DNA of 64,000 bases from Candidatus Hydrogenedentota bacterium. GTDB taxonomy: Bacteria > Hydrogenedentota > Hydrogenedentia > Hydrogenedentales > SLHB01. The DNA is taken from the NCBI GenBank assembly GCA_963745075.1, contig CAVUWV010000014.1:1-64000 (forward strand), given 5' to 3'. The notes under the pieces were generated by a model. The model saw only the letters and a list, made by a program, of their open reading frames with translations, was not told where the DNA came from and searched no databases. Position 1 is the first letter of the stretch. Each line of letters starts with the position of its first letter. The translations under genes and the position numbers were made by a program. This document shows, piece by piece, positions 11,070 to 20,473 of the stretch.

Positions 11070-12002
11070 ATGAGCAAAATTCTAATCGTGGACGATGATG
11101 TCGACTTGGCCGAATTGCTTCGGACGAAGCTGAATGACGAGGGGAACGAAGTCCGGATCATTCATTCCGGCGAGGGCGCGTTCGAGTTGGCCAAGGACTT
11201 CAAACCGGATATGGCCATACTGGATATCATGTTGCCCGGCGTCACCGGATATCAGATCTGCCGGCGGCTGCGTAAAGACCCGGAACTGTACAAGATCGGT
11301 ATTCTAATTCTCACGGCGCTGGGCGAGGAGCCTGAAGTCCAACACGGTCTGGAACAGGGCGCGGACGATTTTCTGGCCAAACCGTTCAAGCTGGACCATT
11401 TAATTGAGAAGATCGCGGGGTTGAACGCACTACGGGATTCGATCGATCGGCGTAACCCGGTGACGAATCTGCCGGGGACGGAGGCCATCAAGCGGGAAAT
11501 CAACCACAAGTTGGCCCGGGGCATGGCCATCGCCGCGTGTTATATCGACATCGTCGGGTTCAAAGCCTATTGTGCGGCCTACGGTCAGCAGGGACAGAAG
11601 CGTGCGTTGGAATACATGTCGCAAACGCTCGTCAAGCTGGTTCGCAATATCGGGCTTTACGAATGTTTTGTCGCTCACCTGGGTGGGGAACATTTCGTGG
11701 TTCTCGTAAATCTCGGGGACTACGAACGTTTTTGCAGTACCCTCATGCAGACTTTCGACACGACGGTCGGTCAGCTTTATTCGGCGAAAGAGGTCCAGCG
11801 GGGTTTCGTTGCCGCGACGGATCGCAAAGGGAACGAAGCGAAGTTTCCGTTGATGCAGTTGTCGATTGGGGTGGCGCATACGCAATTCCGCCATTTCAAA
11901 TCCGCCAAGAAGATGTTTGAAGTATTGGCGCAAACGCGCCAGATGGCCAAGCCGAACGGGAAGAGCGTCGTATTCGTCGATCGGCGTCACGCCGACCGCT
12001 GA
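11070..12002 (+). CDS. Response regulator: REC domain plus degenerate GGDEF domain
   Basis: KILIVDDD…ILDIMLP…ILTALG…LAKPF receiver; NPVTNLPG…YIDIVGFKAY…HLGGEHF…LSIGV. Confidence 0.88.
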   Translation: MSKILIVDDDVDLAELLRTKLNDEGNEVRIIHSGEGAFELAKDFKPDMAILDIMLPGVTGYQICRRLRKDPELYKIGILILTALGEEPEVQHGLEQGADDFLAKPFKLDHLIEKIAGLNALRDSIDRRNPVTNLPGTEAIKREINHKLARGMAIAACYIDIVGFKAYCAAYGQQGQKRALEYMSQTLVKLVRNIGLYECFVAHLGGEHFVVLVNLGDYERFCSTLMQTFDTTVGQLYSAKEVQRGFVAATDRKGNEAKFPLMQLSIGVAHTQFRHFKSAKKMFEVLAQTRQMAKPNGKSVVFVDRRHADR

Positions 12003-12212
12003 TTCCCGAAAGTCGCCGCTCGGGATCGGGAAGTATTTGTAGGACAGGAATCATTGCCGTCCTACTTAGACGCGCTCGTCGTCGTATCCGGCAAGCGTGG
12101 GGCGGGTACTTTGCGATACGTCGAACGAGTACGGACGAGAGGACGCAGTAGAGCGAAAACCGCGTTTTCCCTTGCCGCGACTTCCATGTGTCGCGGCAAG
12201 CCAGGGCCACGA

Positions 12213-13334
12213 TCACGGATCGAGTGCAAATGACTTGAAGGCGGGGTTGTCGAGCAACTCCTGTGCGAGGCGCTCGTAACCGGCGCGGATGGGATGACTC
12301 GCGTCGGCGTACATATCACTGGGAAGCAGATCCGGGGCGACAAACGCTGCGTTCTCGGCGTCCAGCCAGGCGATCATGCCCGCGCGCCGATCCTGATAGA
12401 CTTTCCGGTTGGCCTCCGTCAACATGTGTTCGTTAAACGGTCCCAGGATCACGAAGACGTGGTCGCCCCGCCGCTGTAACGTGTCCAATGATTCCTTGAA
12501 GAACTGCCATTGAAGTGACTCGTCCAGCGGAACCCAATCGAAATCCTGTTGTCGCATGCCTCGCTGCTCCCAGGGAATTGGTTCACTCGGAGGGGTGTCG
12601 CCGTCTTTGGGAAGAACGCCGGTGAGGGGCGCCAGCGGGTTGGTATATGGATGGTCCATACTCCACGCGGGGATGCCCTTGTTGCCGTAGTACGCGATGC
12701 GCAAGTGGCCCGTCCACGACAGGAACGACGAATCCCGATCGATTGCGACGGACAAGCGGTCGGCAAGCGAAGCGGAGTAACTGGGGACCTCGGGATAGAA
12801 CTGGGGCACCAGGATCGGATGATTGAAGCGCCGCGCGCGTTCGTCGCGAAGATCGTGGCGTTTCGAGGCGAGCCACAGGGGATTGAGGTGAAGCACGACC
12901 TTTCGGTCGGCAATCGCTTCCCCGTAATACCGGATCAGGCCCGCAAGCGCAACCGGGTGGCTCCCGTTTACGCCCATGTTGGCAAAGCGGTCTTCGCCCA
13001 CGGAAGCGTTGAGGAAATGGGACAAGGTCCCGTCGCCGACGACGTATTGGCCCCAGATCACGGAATCGCCTATGATCGGGATCTGGGACGTCGTGGCGAC
13101 GTCGTCCGCGTAGCGTTCGTAAAGCCAGTAATCGTTGCTGAGGGCGTAGGGAATCCGGTAATCAGGACCCGGCGAAAACGTTTCGTAGCGTTTCCATAGG
13201 AACGGAAGGGCGAAGTAGCAGACCGTTAGAATTGCAGCCGCCACCACCCATTGGGCGGCGGTGAGTCGCAAGGCGTTCGAGGCGAAGGGGCCGTCTTCGT
13301 CGTGCCGGTCGCTGTCGTTTTTGGTCTCTTTCAT
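12213..13334 (-). CDS. Membrane-anchored SGNH-fold protein (DltD/AlgJ/PatB-like acyl-transfer partner)
   Basis: N-terminal TM helix, block I IGDSV, block II NMGVNG, C-terminal DASH (DxxH); directly downstream of the MBOAT gene. Confidence 0.7.
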   Translation of the reverse strand: MKETKNDSDRHDEDGPFASNALRLTAAQWVVAAAILTVCYFALPFLWKRYETFSPGPDYRIPYALSNDYWLYERYADDVATTSQIPIIGDSVIWGQYVVGDGTLSHFLNASVGEDRFANMGVNGSHPVALAGLIRYYGEAIADRKVVLHLNPLWLASKRHDLRDERARRFNHPILVPQFYPEVPSYSASLADRLSVAIDRDSSFLSWTGHLRIAYYGNKGIPAWSMDHPYTNPLAPLTGVLPKDGDTPPSEPIPWEQRGMRQQDFDWVPLDESLQWQFFKESLDTLQRRGDHVFVILGPFNEHMLTEANRKVYQDRRAGMIAWLDAENAAFVAPDLLPSDMYADASHPIRAGYERLAQELLDNPAFKSFALDP

Positions 13335-13350
13335 CGTTCCTATTCTCGTG

Positions 13351-14727
13351 CTAGAACTGGAAGTAGATAAACGCTTGATCGCTGCCTGCCGGGAATATGG
13401 CGACATACAACAGCATGAAAACCACGCCGCCAATGCGTACGGGGGTCCAGTCCAGCACGTGTTTCGCGCGCGATTCATAGACAAACTGATAGGTCCAGAG
13501 CGCCAAGATCAGCCCCATGGCCAACAGGGGGAATTCGGGGTTCGCCCAGCCGCCCGTCACCATACGGCTGAGGATGGTCCACGCCTGCGGCATATCCTGT
13601 GCGCGGAAAAATACCCAGGTCAACGTCACGAACGCGAAGATCAGCATTTGCTTGCAGAATTTTGGAACGTAGGTCCGGTAGAACCGGGTGCGTTCCAGTT
13701 CGCGGGTCGCGACCCGGCCGATGGCGTGCATGGTGCCCCAAACGACAAAGGTCCACGCGGCGCCATGCCAGAGGCCCGATATCACCATCGTCAGGAACAT
13801 GTTGCGGTACGTTGCAGAGGTGCCGCCCCGGTTCCCACCCAAAGGTATGTACACGTAGTCCCGGAACCACGTGGACAGACTGATGTGCCACCGTTCCCAG
13901 AAATCGCCGAGTCCAGTGGCGAGGTAGGGATTGTTGAAGTTCAGCATGAAGCGGAATCCCATCATGCGCCCGACGCCACGCGCCATATCCGTGTAGCCGC
14001 TGAAGTCGCAGTAGATCTGCCAGCCGAAGGCGAAGGTGGCCAGAATCAGCGCGGGGGACGACTGATGTTGGGGGGCGGAATACACCTGGTCGACGTATTG
14101 GGCCAGGTAGTCGGCGATGGCCACTTTTTTGAAAAGGCCCACGACGAACAGCGAAAACCCGTCGATAACCGCTTGGGTGGTGATGGTGGTTTCGCGCTGT
14201 AGCTGCGGCAGAAGATTGGCCGCGCGTTCGATGGGGCCGGCCACCAACTGCGGGAAGAGCGAGACGAATGCCGCGAATCGAATGAAGTTGGGTTCCTTCT
14301 CGATATGACCGCGGTAGTAGTCGATCGTGTAGCTCATCGATTGAAACGTGTAGAAGGAGATCCCGACTGGAAGCAGTACGCCCGGTGCGGGCAATTGATA
14401 CGCCAATCCGCTGGACGTGAACAACGCGTTGAGATTGTCCGTGACGAATCCGGCGTATTTGAAGAACCCGAGGAGGCCGAGGTTATTGACGACGCTGACG
14501 GCGAGCCAGGTTCGCCGCCACGAGCTGCGTGCCATCATGAGTACGACGGCGTAGTCGAGCACGGTGGAATAGACGATGAGCAGGAGATACAGGGGATTCC
14601 AGGCGCCGTAGAAGACGTACGAGGCTGCCAGCAGCCACCAACTCCGATACCGGGTGCGGCGAAGCACCAGGTGGACCGGATACACCACCAGAAAGAATAG
14701 CGCGAATGTCCAAGTGTGGAAAAGCAC
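13351..14727 (-). CDS. MBOAT family membrane-bound O-acyltransferase (AlgI/PatA/DltB type)
   Basis: LGFFKYAGF, LPVGISFYTFQSMSYTID, FPQLVAGPIER, QIYCDFSGYTDMARG, NFNNPY, FWERWHISLSTWFRDYVYIPLGG, GLWHGA. Confidence 0.95.
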   Translation of the reverse strand: MLFHTWTFALFFLVVYPVHLVLRRTRYRSWWLLAASYVFYGAWNPLYLLLIVYSTVLDYAVVLMMARSSWRRTWLAVSVVNNLGLLGFFKYAGFVTDNLNALFTSSGLAYQLPAPGVLLPVGISFYTFQSMSYTIDYYRGHIEKEPNFIRFAAFVSLFPQLVAGPIERAANLLPQLQRETTITTQAVIDGFSLFVVGLFKKVAIADYLAQYVDQVYSAPQHQSSPALILATFAFGWQIYCDFSGYTDMARGVGRMMGFRFMLNFNNPYLATGLGDFWERWHISLSTWFRDYVYIPLGGNRGGTSATYRNMFLTMVISGLWHGAAWTFVVWGTMHAIGRVATRELERTRFYRTYVPKFCKQMLIFAFVTLTWVFFRAQDMPQAWTILSRMVTGGWANPEFPLLAMGLILALWTYQFVYESRAKHVLDWTPVRIGGVVFMLLYVAIFPAGSDQAFIYFQF

Positions 14728-14802
14728 GCGTAACCCCAGATCCCCACTCTATTCGAATCGCCGGGACGAACCCGAAGGGAGAGTCACGGCGACGTTTTGC
14801 GG

Positions 14803-15699
14803 TTATCCCGAAGGCGCCGTTGCGCCGTCGTCGCTACGACGCACGCATCGGAATCCGTAGGCTTCGTATCCGAAGCAGACGTCTGCCAGGCCCGGGTCCT
14901 CGCTATACCGCGCTGCGGAGCGGCAGAACTCCGGCGTACTGTCCCAACCGCCGCCCCGAAGGACGCGCTGTTCGCCATCCTCCGCGTTGCAGGGGTCGGC
15001 GACGGAGTCCGACTGGTAAAACGTTGGGCTGTAAAGGTCCTGGCACCATTCCCAAACGTTGCCGTGCATATCATACAGACCCCAGGCGTTCGGTGTCTTC
15101 TGTTTCACGGGCTGTGTCGTGCCGCCGGCGTTTGCTTCATACCAGGCATGGGCGCCAAGCTGCCGTTCGTCGTTTCCGAAGGAATACGAGTCCGTGGAGC
15201 CGGCGCGGCACGCGTATTCCCACTCCGCTTCGGTGGGAAGCCGGTACCCATTCGCGTCCAGATTGCAGGCGCCGGTTTCGAGATCGTAGCAGGGCGTGAA
15301 GCTTTCGCGCAGCGACCGCATGTTGCAGTACTTGATCGCGCTGTACCAGCCGAGTTGTTCGACCGGGTGGCCGGGACTTTTGAACTTGGACGGGTTCGTC
15401 CCCATCAGGGTCTGGAAATTCTGCTGCGTGACTTCCTGAACGTCCATGAGGAAGCCGGTGACCTGAACCTCATGTACGGGCGCTTCGTCATCCGCGCCGT
15501 CGCGACTGCCCATGGTAAAGGTGCCGCCGGGAATGGCAATCATGTCAACGCCGGTGGACGTCGTAATGGACTTTGGCGCGGGCGTGGTTGCGTTTTTGGG
15601 CGTCGCGGGGGCGTTTTGTGCCGGTTCCGGGGCGGGTCTTCCGCAGCCGGACAAGACACTTAGAGCGACCACCCCGACGACGTACATCAGTGTTTTCAT
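14803..15699 (-). CDS. FGE-sulfatase (SUMF1/PvdO-like) fold lipoprotein
   Basis: Lipobox LSGC; IPGGTFTMGS, PVHEV, YRLPTEAEWEYACRAG, NAWGLYDMHGNVWEW, RVLRGGGW, GFRCVR. Confidence 0.92.
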   Translation of the reverse strand: MKTLMYVVGVVALSVLSGCGRPAPEPAQNAPATPKNATTPAPKSITTSTGVDMIAIPGGTFTMGSRDGADDEAPVHEVQVTGFLMDVQEVTQQNFQTLMGTNPSKFKSPGHPVEQLGWYSAIKYCNMRSLRESFTPCYDLETGACNLDANGYRLPTEAEWEYACRAGSTDSYSFGNDERQLGAHAWYEANAGGTTQPVKQKTPNAWGLYDMHGNVWEWCQDLYSPTFYQSDSVADPCNAEDGEQRVLRGGGWDSTPEFCRSAARYSEDPGLADVCFGYEAYGFRCVRRSDDGATAPSG

Positions 15700-15720
15700 G
15701 GCTGGATTCGTCGGGGCGTC

Positions 15721-18432
15721 TCAGTGACGCGCCGCCTCGTAGTTTACCGGAGCGCGCAGAATCTCCTGGGTGCGCTCGCGAATCTCGTTTGCAATGGGTT
15801 CAAGGCTTGGGTCCTGGGCGAGCGCCGTGCCGGCTCGCTGCCGTAATACGCGGACGATCAAGCGGCACTCGGCCACGAGTTCATCCTGGTTACCGCCGAT
15901 TTCCACCCACTGGCTGGTGTATTTCTTGCAGTTCTCGACCGCGCCCGCGCTGGTGTCGTTCAGGACTTCCTGCCGGAAATCATCGGTTAACTGTTTAGCG
16001 AACTCGATAGACTTGATGTCGTCGCGCCGTTTGTCAATGGCCTCCTCGATTTGCTTGGTGACTGAGATCATGTTGTCCAGGAACTCGGCGTGTTGGGGAT
16101 ACTGGGTCTTCGCCTGTTTGAGATACGTTTCCATATCGGTTGCGAACGCGCCATAGGCGTCGATGCGGTGTCGAATGAGTGAGATGAAGTCGACCACGTT
16201 CTTTAACGCCTGCTCGACTTCCGCGCGCTGATCCTTTTGCTCGTTCTTCTCGTAGATTTCGTTCAGCACGTCGCGCACGGTGCAAGTGGGCCACCCGGCG
16301 GCGACGACCTGCTGCCCTTCCACATCGAGGATGTATTCGCAGGGGCCGACCCCAAGGGAGCCACGGACGACGTCGACCAAGGTGTACTTGTCCAAGGGCG
16401 TTGCGGCGAGGCGGTTCAAGGGGTAGATGATTGCGGGCCCTTCAAATTCGACGGATTCTTTCAGCGGTTGCAGGAAGCCTTGACCGTTCATGCTCACCCA
16501 ACAGGGATACTTGAAGCGCCCCAGCCCCGGTGTGATGCGGGTCCGTTCACCGCTGCCCCACCAGTCCTGAATCGTCCACGAATCTTCGTTTTCCTTGAAG
16601 AGGTCGTGTTTTTTGAATTCGCCGGCGGCAACCTCGGTGAGCATTTCCCAACTGTCCGTCATGTGATCCGAGCGGGACCAGTCGACGCGCCACAGGGCGG
16701 GGAAGGGGACGCGCCAATTCAAGGGGATGACCTTGTCCCGGTCCTGCAAACCGATATCGTGCTCGTGCCAGATACCGGTATCGCAAAGTACGGCGACCCA
16801 GACGGCGCCCTTATCACCGTATGTGTACTCGCTGGAGTCAATCATTCGTTGATGGGACACGCCGGAAAGGTTGGCCTGCACGTCCTGGTCGTTATTGTCC
16901 CAGACGGTCAGCACAATGGCGTTGCCGTCGTCGGTCATATGCATCAGGAAGTTTTCGGTGGGCAGTTCCGCGGTGTCACTGCTGATATCCCAGGCGTCGA
17001 TCACGATGTCGTCGGCAAAGAAATCGGGGAGGATGGCAAACCGGCCGGGCGCGTGTATGTGGAGCTTTTTTGTGCTGGCGAGCGCATTGGTTTTGACCGA
17101 GACCTGCCCCATATTGAGTTCACACCGGATTCCGGCAGAGCCTCCACTCTCGGTAGCATAGGTTACGGCGATCGCGACGCTGTCGTGGGCGTTGTTCCCC
17201 AGAGAGATGTCCGAAAGCCGGACCACTTTGCTGTCGCCCAGGACGCGCATGACCGCCTGCGGCGAAAACTCGTTCCCTTGGCGTCCGTAGAGTTCGATGC
17301 CGGTGCCCGTCTGGCGCACGACGGCGGCGATCTTATCGTTGAGGACAACGGCATCGCCCAGGAACGCGTGCGACGTGTCCTCCTCGGCGACTTCCTCCCA
17401 TGCGCGATAGTTGGCCATATCTTCGGGGGCAAGCGGGGCGTGCGCAGCGGATCCCGTGTCGTACACGAGCGCGAATGGCGCGCCGCCTCCACCGGGTGCA
17501 AACTCAGAACTGGCTTCGAATTCGGCAAGCTTCGACGTTGCATCCCCGTTGTTTTCCATCCAGGGAACCGGTCTCGGCCAACGCCAGAGAAGACGCAATT
17601 CCGTTCCCCCCGCGCCGTCGTCTACGTGGCGTTCACCCCAGGCACCGCTTAACGAGAATATCGAGGTGCTTACGGAACCGTCTTCGAGCGGAATTTCGGA
17701 CGAAATGATTTGCCGTTCCGCATCCACCCCGCTGACATTTTCCAAAACGTCGGAGCCGGTCCCCGTCCAGTGGCTCATGACGATGACGTCGCCGTGTTCG
17801 AGCATATGAAGCACGGTGCTTTCGCCGGATGCTTCCTGCTCGCCGCCGGAGACTTCCGTGGCGTCGATCAGTAATCCTTCGCCCGACGACGAGGGGAGTA
17901 CGACAAAGCGAGCGGGAGCTTCCACGACAAGTTTGGCGGTGCCTTTCACGGGTGACGTTTCGACCGTGGCGGCACCGGCTTCGGAACTGAAACGAACGGT
18001 GATGTCGCCCCCGTTCAAGGTCTTGTATGTGACCTCGACGGTTACCTTGTCCTCAGAGTTCTGGACGATCTTGAATTCCGTCACGCTACGTGCGGGTTGC
18101 TCGCCCTTCGCCATGAGGACGGCATGGTTGAACCATCCGGACAATGTCTTGTGGTAGATTTCCGCACCTTTGCCGTCGTGCCGGATGACCATGGCAATTG
18201 GCGCATTCATCACGATCACGTCGCCCGAGAATTCGTGTGTCGTCTCGCTCGCTGGAATGCGGGTCCACATAGTCGGTGAAGACATGGCGATGGAGGTCAG
18301 CGGTTTGAACGAGCGCGAACCGGAGTCGTAGAGGGCCACGGTTTTTGCCTTCTGCGCGGATGCGGGCAGCGCCCACATGCTTAGCGCAAGGTACACGATT
18401 AGCGCCGCAAATTGATACTTGGAAAATCTCAC
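15721..18432 (-). CDS. Large exported hypothetical protein with internally duplicated N-terminal domain and C-terminal helical region
   Basis: GTG at 18432 with RBS AAGGAG, signal peptide ending ASA, ~900 aa open frame, clear similarity to 18705-20468. Confidence 0.8.
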   Translation of the reverse strand: MRFSKYQFAALIVYLALSMWALPASAQKAKTVALYDSGSRSFKPLTSIAMSSPTMWTRIPASETTHEFSGDVIVMNAPIAMVIRHDGKGAEIYHKTLSGWFNHAVLMAKGEQPARSVTEFKIVQNSEDKVTVEVTYKTLNGGDITVRFSSEAGAATVETSPVKGTAKLVVEAPARFVVLPSSSGEGLLIDATEVSGGEQEASGESTVLHMLEHGDVIVMSHWTGTGSDVLENVSGVDAERQIISSEIPLEDGSVSTSIFSLSGAWGERHVDDGAGGTELRLLWRWPRPVPWMENNGDATSKLAEFEASSEFAPGGGGAPFALVYDTGSAAHAPLAPEDMANYRAWEEVAEEDTSHAFLGDAVVLNDKIAAVVRQTGTGIELYGRQGNEFSPQAVMRVLGDSKVVRLSDISLGNNAHDSVAIAVTYATESGGSAGIRCELNMGQVSVKTNALASTKKLHIHAPGRFAILPDFFADDIVIDAWDISSDTAELPTENFLMHMTDDGNAIVLTVWDNNDQDVQANLSGVSHQRMIDSSEYTYGDKGAVWVAVLCDTGIWHEHDIGLQDRDKVIPLNWRVPFPALWRVDWSRSDHMTDSWEMLTEVAAGEFKKHDLFKENEDSWTIQDWWGSGERTRITPGLGRFKYPCWVSMNGQGFLQPLKESVEFEGPAIIYPLNRLAATPLDKYTLVDVVRGSLGVGPCEYILDVEGQQVVAAGWPTCTVRDVLNEIYEKNEQKDQRAEVEQALKNVVDFISLIRHRIDAYGAFATDMETYLKQAKTQYPQHAEFLDNMISVTKQIEEAIDKRRDDIKSIEFAKQLTDDFRQEVLNDTSAGAVENCKKYTSQWVEIGGNQDELVAECRLIVRVLRQRAGTALAQDPSLEPIANEIRERTQEILRAPVNYEAARH

Positions 18433-18704
18433 TCTGATGCTCCTTGACTTACCCAATCCTCGGATTACGCACAGCAGGCCCAATTAGATATGCGCGATTT
18501 CGTATTCCATCTATGAACCGGACCGCGCCGGCGCGTGTCTCCGCAATGCGGTTCCGGCTGTGGCCGATGGCTACCACAACCGGGGAAGTTGATCCGAGGC
18601 GGCGCACCGAATCGAAAGGATCGTGTAATCCTTGCGCCGATGGGGCCGCCGGTTCGAAGCAAAGTCTGCGCACTACCCAAGAAACGCGATAATGTGTAAC
18701 CCAA

Positions 18705-20468
18705 TCAGTCTTTCTCACCCAACAACGTCGATGCGCGCTGAACGATCATTTTCGACAGGTCATCGCCCATGTTTTTCGGTTCCGTATCGTTCGCGACTTG
18801 TGCGATCCTCCGCACGGCCATCCGGCCTTTGGACAACGCCCGGTCCTGGGCTCGTCCCAGGGTGTGAAGCCGCGTGGACGCGTGCCGGCAGCGATCGAGC
18901 GCGTCGTCCTGGCCGATGGCGTCCATTACGAGGGATGCTTCGGATTGGGCCGTAGCAATGGCATCGCCGAGGGCGTCGTAGGCTTGCGTCTGGCGTTCCA
19001 TTTCGGACGCGATCGCCCGTACTTTGGCGCGTGCGACAGCGCTGCCCATACCTTCCCTTGATTCAATATCATCCCCAATCGCGTCGATAAGTTCCCTGGC
19101 GAATGCCTGGTATTCCTTAATCCGCTTGTCGGCGTGAGTTACGTGCTCGAGCATCGCGTGGAGCCGGTCCTCGATCGTCGCGCGCGAGCGATCGGCGCGG
19201 CCCGCTTTGAACTGCTTCTCGACCCAATCCATCACCAGCGCGGGCGTTGGACTGGTCTGCGCGTCCAGCCCTTCCAAGTCCAACACGTATTGGCACGCGC
19301 CGAATCCGAGGGTGGCCCGCATGATGTCGACGAGGCAAAACACGTCGAGCGGCGTGCCTTGCGTACGATCGATGGGATAGATCACGACCCGATTCGGTGG
19401 GGGGTCTATCGCTTCGGGCGCACGTATATATGCGTCGTGGGTCTCAAACCAGCAGGGATACGCGATGGAGCCGTAGAACGCCGATTCGTACTCGGTAATC
19501 CGGCCCTCCTCGAAATTCCAGGATTCGGATGCTTCCGTCTCGGTCAGAAAGTCGGCCCGCCACCGCGCGGGGAAGGGGGCCGTCCAGTTGAGTTTCAACT
19601 CGCTTGTGCCTGACAGCGGTTGCTCGTACCAGATCGCGGGGCGGTCCATCGCGCTTACCCAAATGGGAGCACCATCGGCATAGGTGACGTCCGATCCTGC
19701 GATGGTCTTGGTGCCGTCACGATCCTCCGCGATGGCCGTCGCTTCCTGGGCGCGGTTACCCCAGACACACGTTACCAGCGCGTTGCCGCCGGCGACGAGA
19801 TGAATCAGGAAATTCTCGGCGGGTATCCCGGCGCGCTCGCCGATGAGGTCCTTTGCCTGGTACACGAGGTCGTCGGCGAAGAAATCCGGGATCACGAGGT
19901 ACACCGAATTCAGCCGCACCGACAGTCCTTTGGTGTTGGCGACGTTGTGGGTTTCAATGTAGATTTGTCCCGTAGCCAGCCGGAAGCGGACGGTAACGGA
20001 ATCGGCGTTTTCTACTGCATACGTCACGGCGACCTCGACGGCGCCGGGCGTGTTTTCGAGGATCTTCAGGTCTTGCAGTTCCGTAAGTGCGGCTTCAGGT
20101 CCACCTGCAGGTATCGGATTCAGGTGTGCGCGTAGCGTGTACCCGGAATCTCCCAAGGCGTACAGGGCTGCGCCGGGCGCATCGCGTCGGATGACCAGGG
20201 CTACGGCGTCGTTCAACAATACCGCGTCGCCGGCGAATTCGTGGTCAACGGTGTCGGCGTCAACGATGAACCACCCGCGCTTGTCGCGCAGCATTTCCGG
20301 TGAGAGTGTTTCACTTGCCGGAGTTGTAGTATCCAGGAGGTAGGTGAAAATGGCGCCGGAGTCTTCGATGGTTTTGTTGACATCTTGTGCGCAGGCCGGC
20401 GCGGCGGACCAAAGCGTGAGGACTGCGAGCGCCGGCAATATCGGGACTAGGAATCGGCCGAACGCCAT
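18705..20468 (-). CDS. Exported hypothetical protein, paralog of 15721-18432
   Basis: Signal peptide ending ACA; shared motifs HEFAGDAVLLND, PDFFADD, ENFL, PFPARWR, IYPIDR…TPLD…CQYVLDLEG. Confidence 0.8.
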   Translation of the reverse strand: MAFGRFLVPILPALAVLTLWSAAPACAQDVNKTIEDSGAIFTYLLDTTTPASETLSPEMLRDKRGWFIVDADTVDHEFAGDAVLLNDAVALVIRRDAPGAALYALGDSGYTLRAHLNPIPAGGPEAALTELQDLKILENTPGAVEVAVTYAVENADSVTVRFRLATGQIYIETHNVANTKGLSVRLNSVYLVIPDFFADDLVYQAKDLIGERAGIPAENFLIHLVAGGNALVTCVWGNRAQEATAIAEDRDGTKTIAGSDVTYADGAPIWVSAMDRPAIWYEQPLSGTSELKLNWTAPFPARWRADFLTETEASESWNFEEGRITEYESAFYGSIAYPCWFETHDAYIRAPEAIDPPPNRVVIYPIDRTQGTPLDVFCLVDIMRATLGFGACQYVLDLEGLDAQTSPTPALVMDWVEKQFKAGRADRSRATIEDRLHAMLEHVTHADKRIKEYQAFARELIDAIGDDIESREGMGSAVARAKVRAIASEMERQTQAYDALGDAIATAQSEASLVMDAIGQDDALDRCRHASTRLHTLGRAQDRALSKGRMAVRRIAQVANDTEPKNMGDDLSKMIVQRASTLLGEKD

Positions 20469-20473
20469 ACGTA

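Noticed and set aside
14803..15699. Diversity-generating retroelement target gene
   Set aside because: The FGE-type fold fits, but no reverse transcriptase or template-repeat copy of its 3' end was seen in the window
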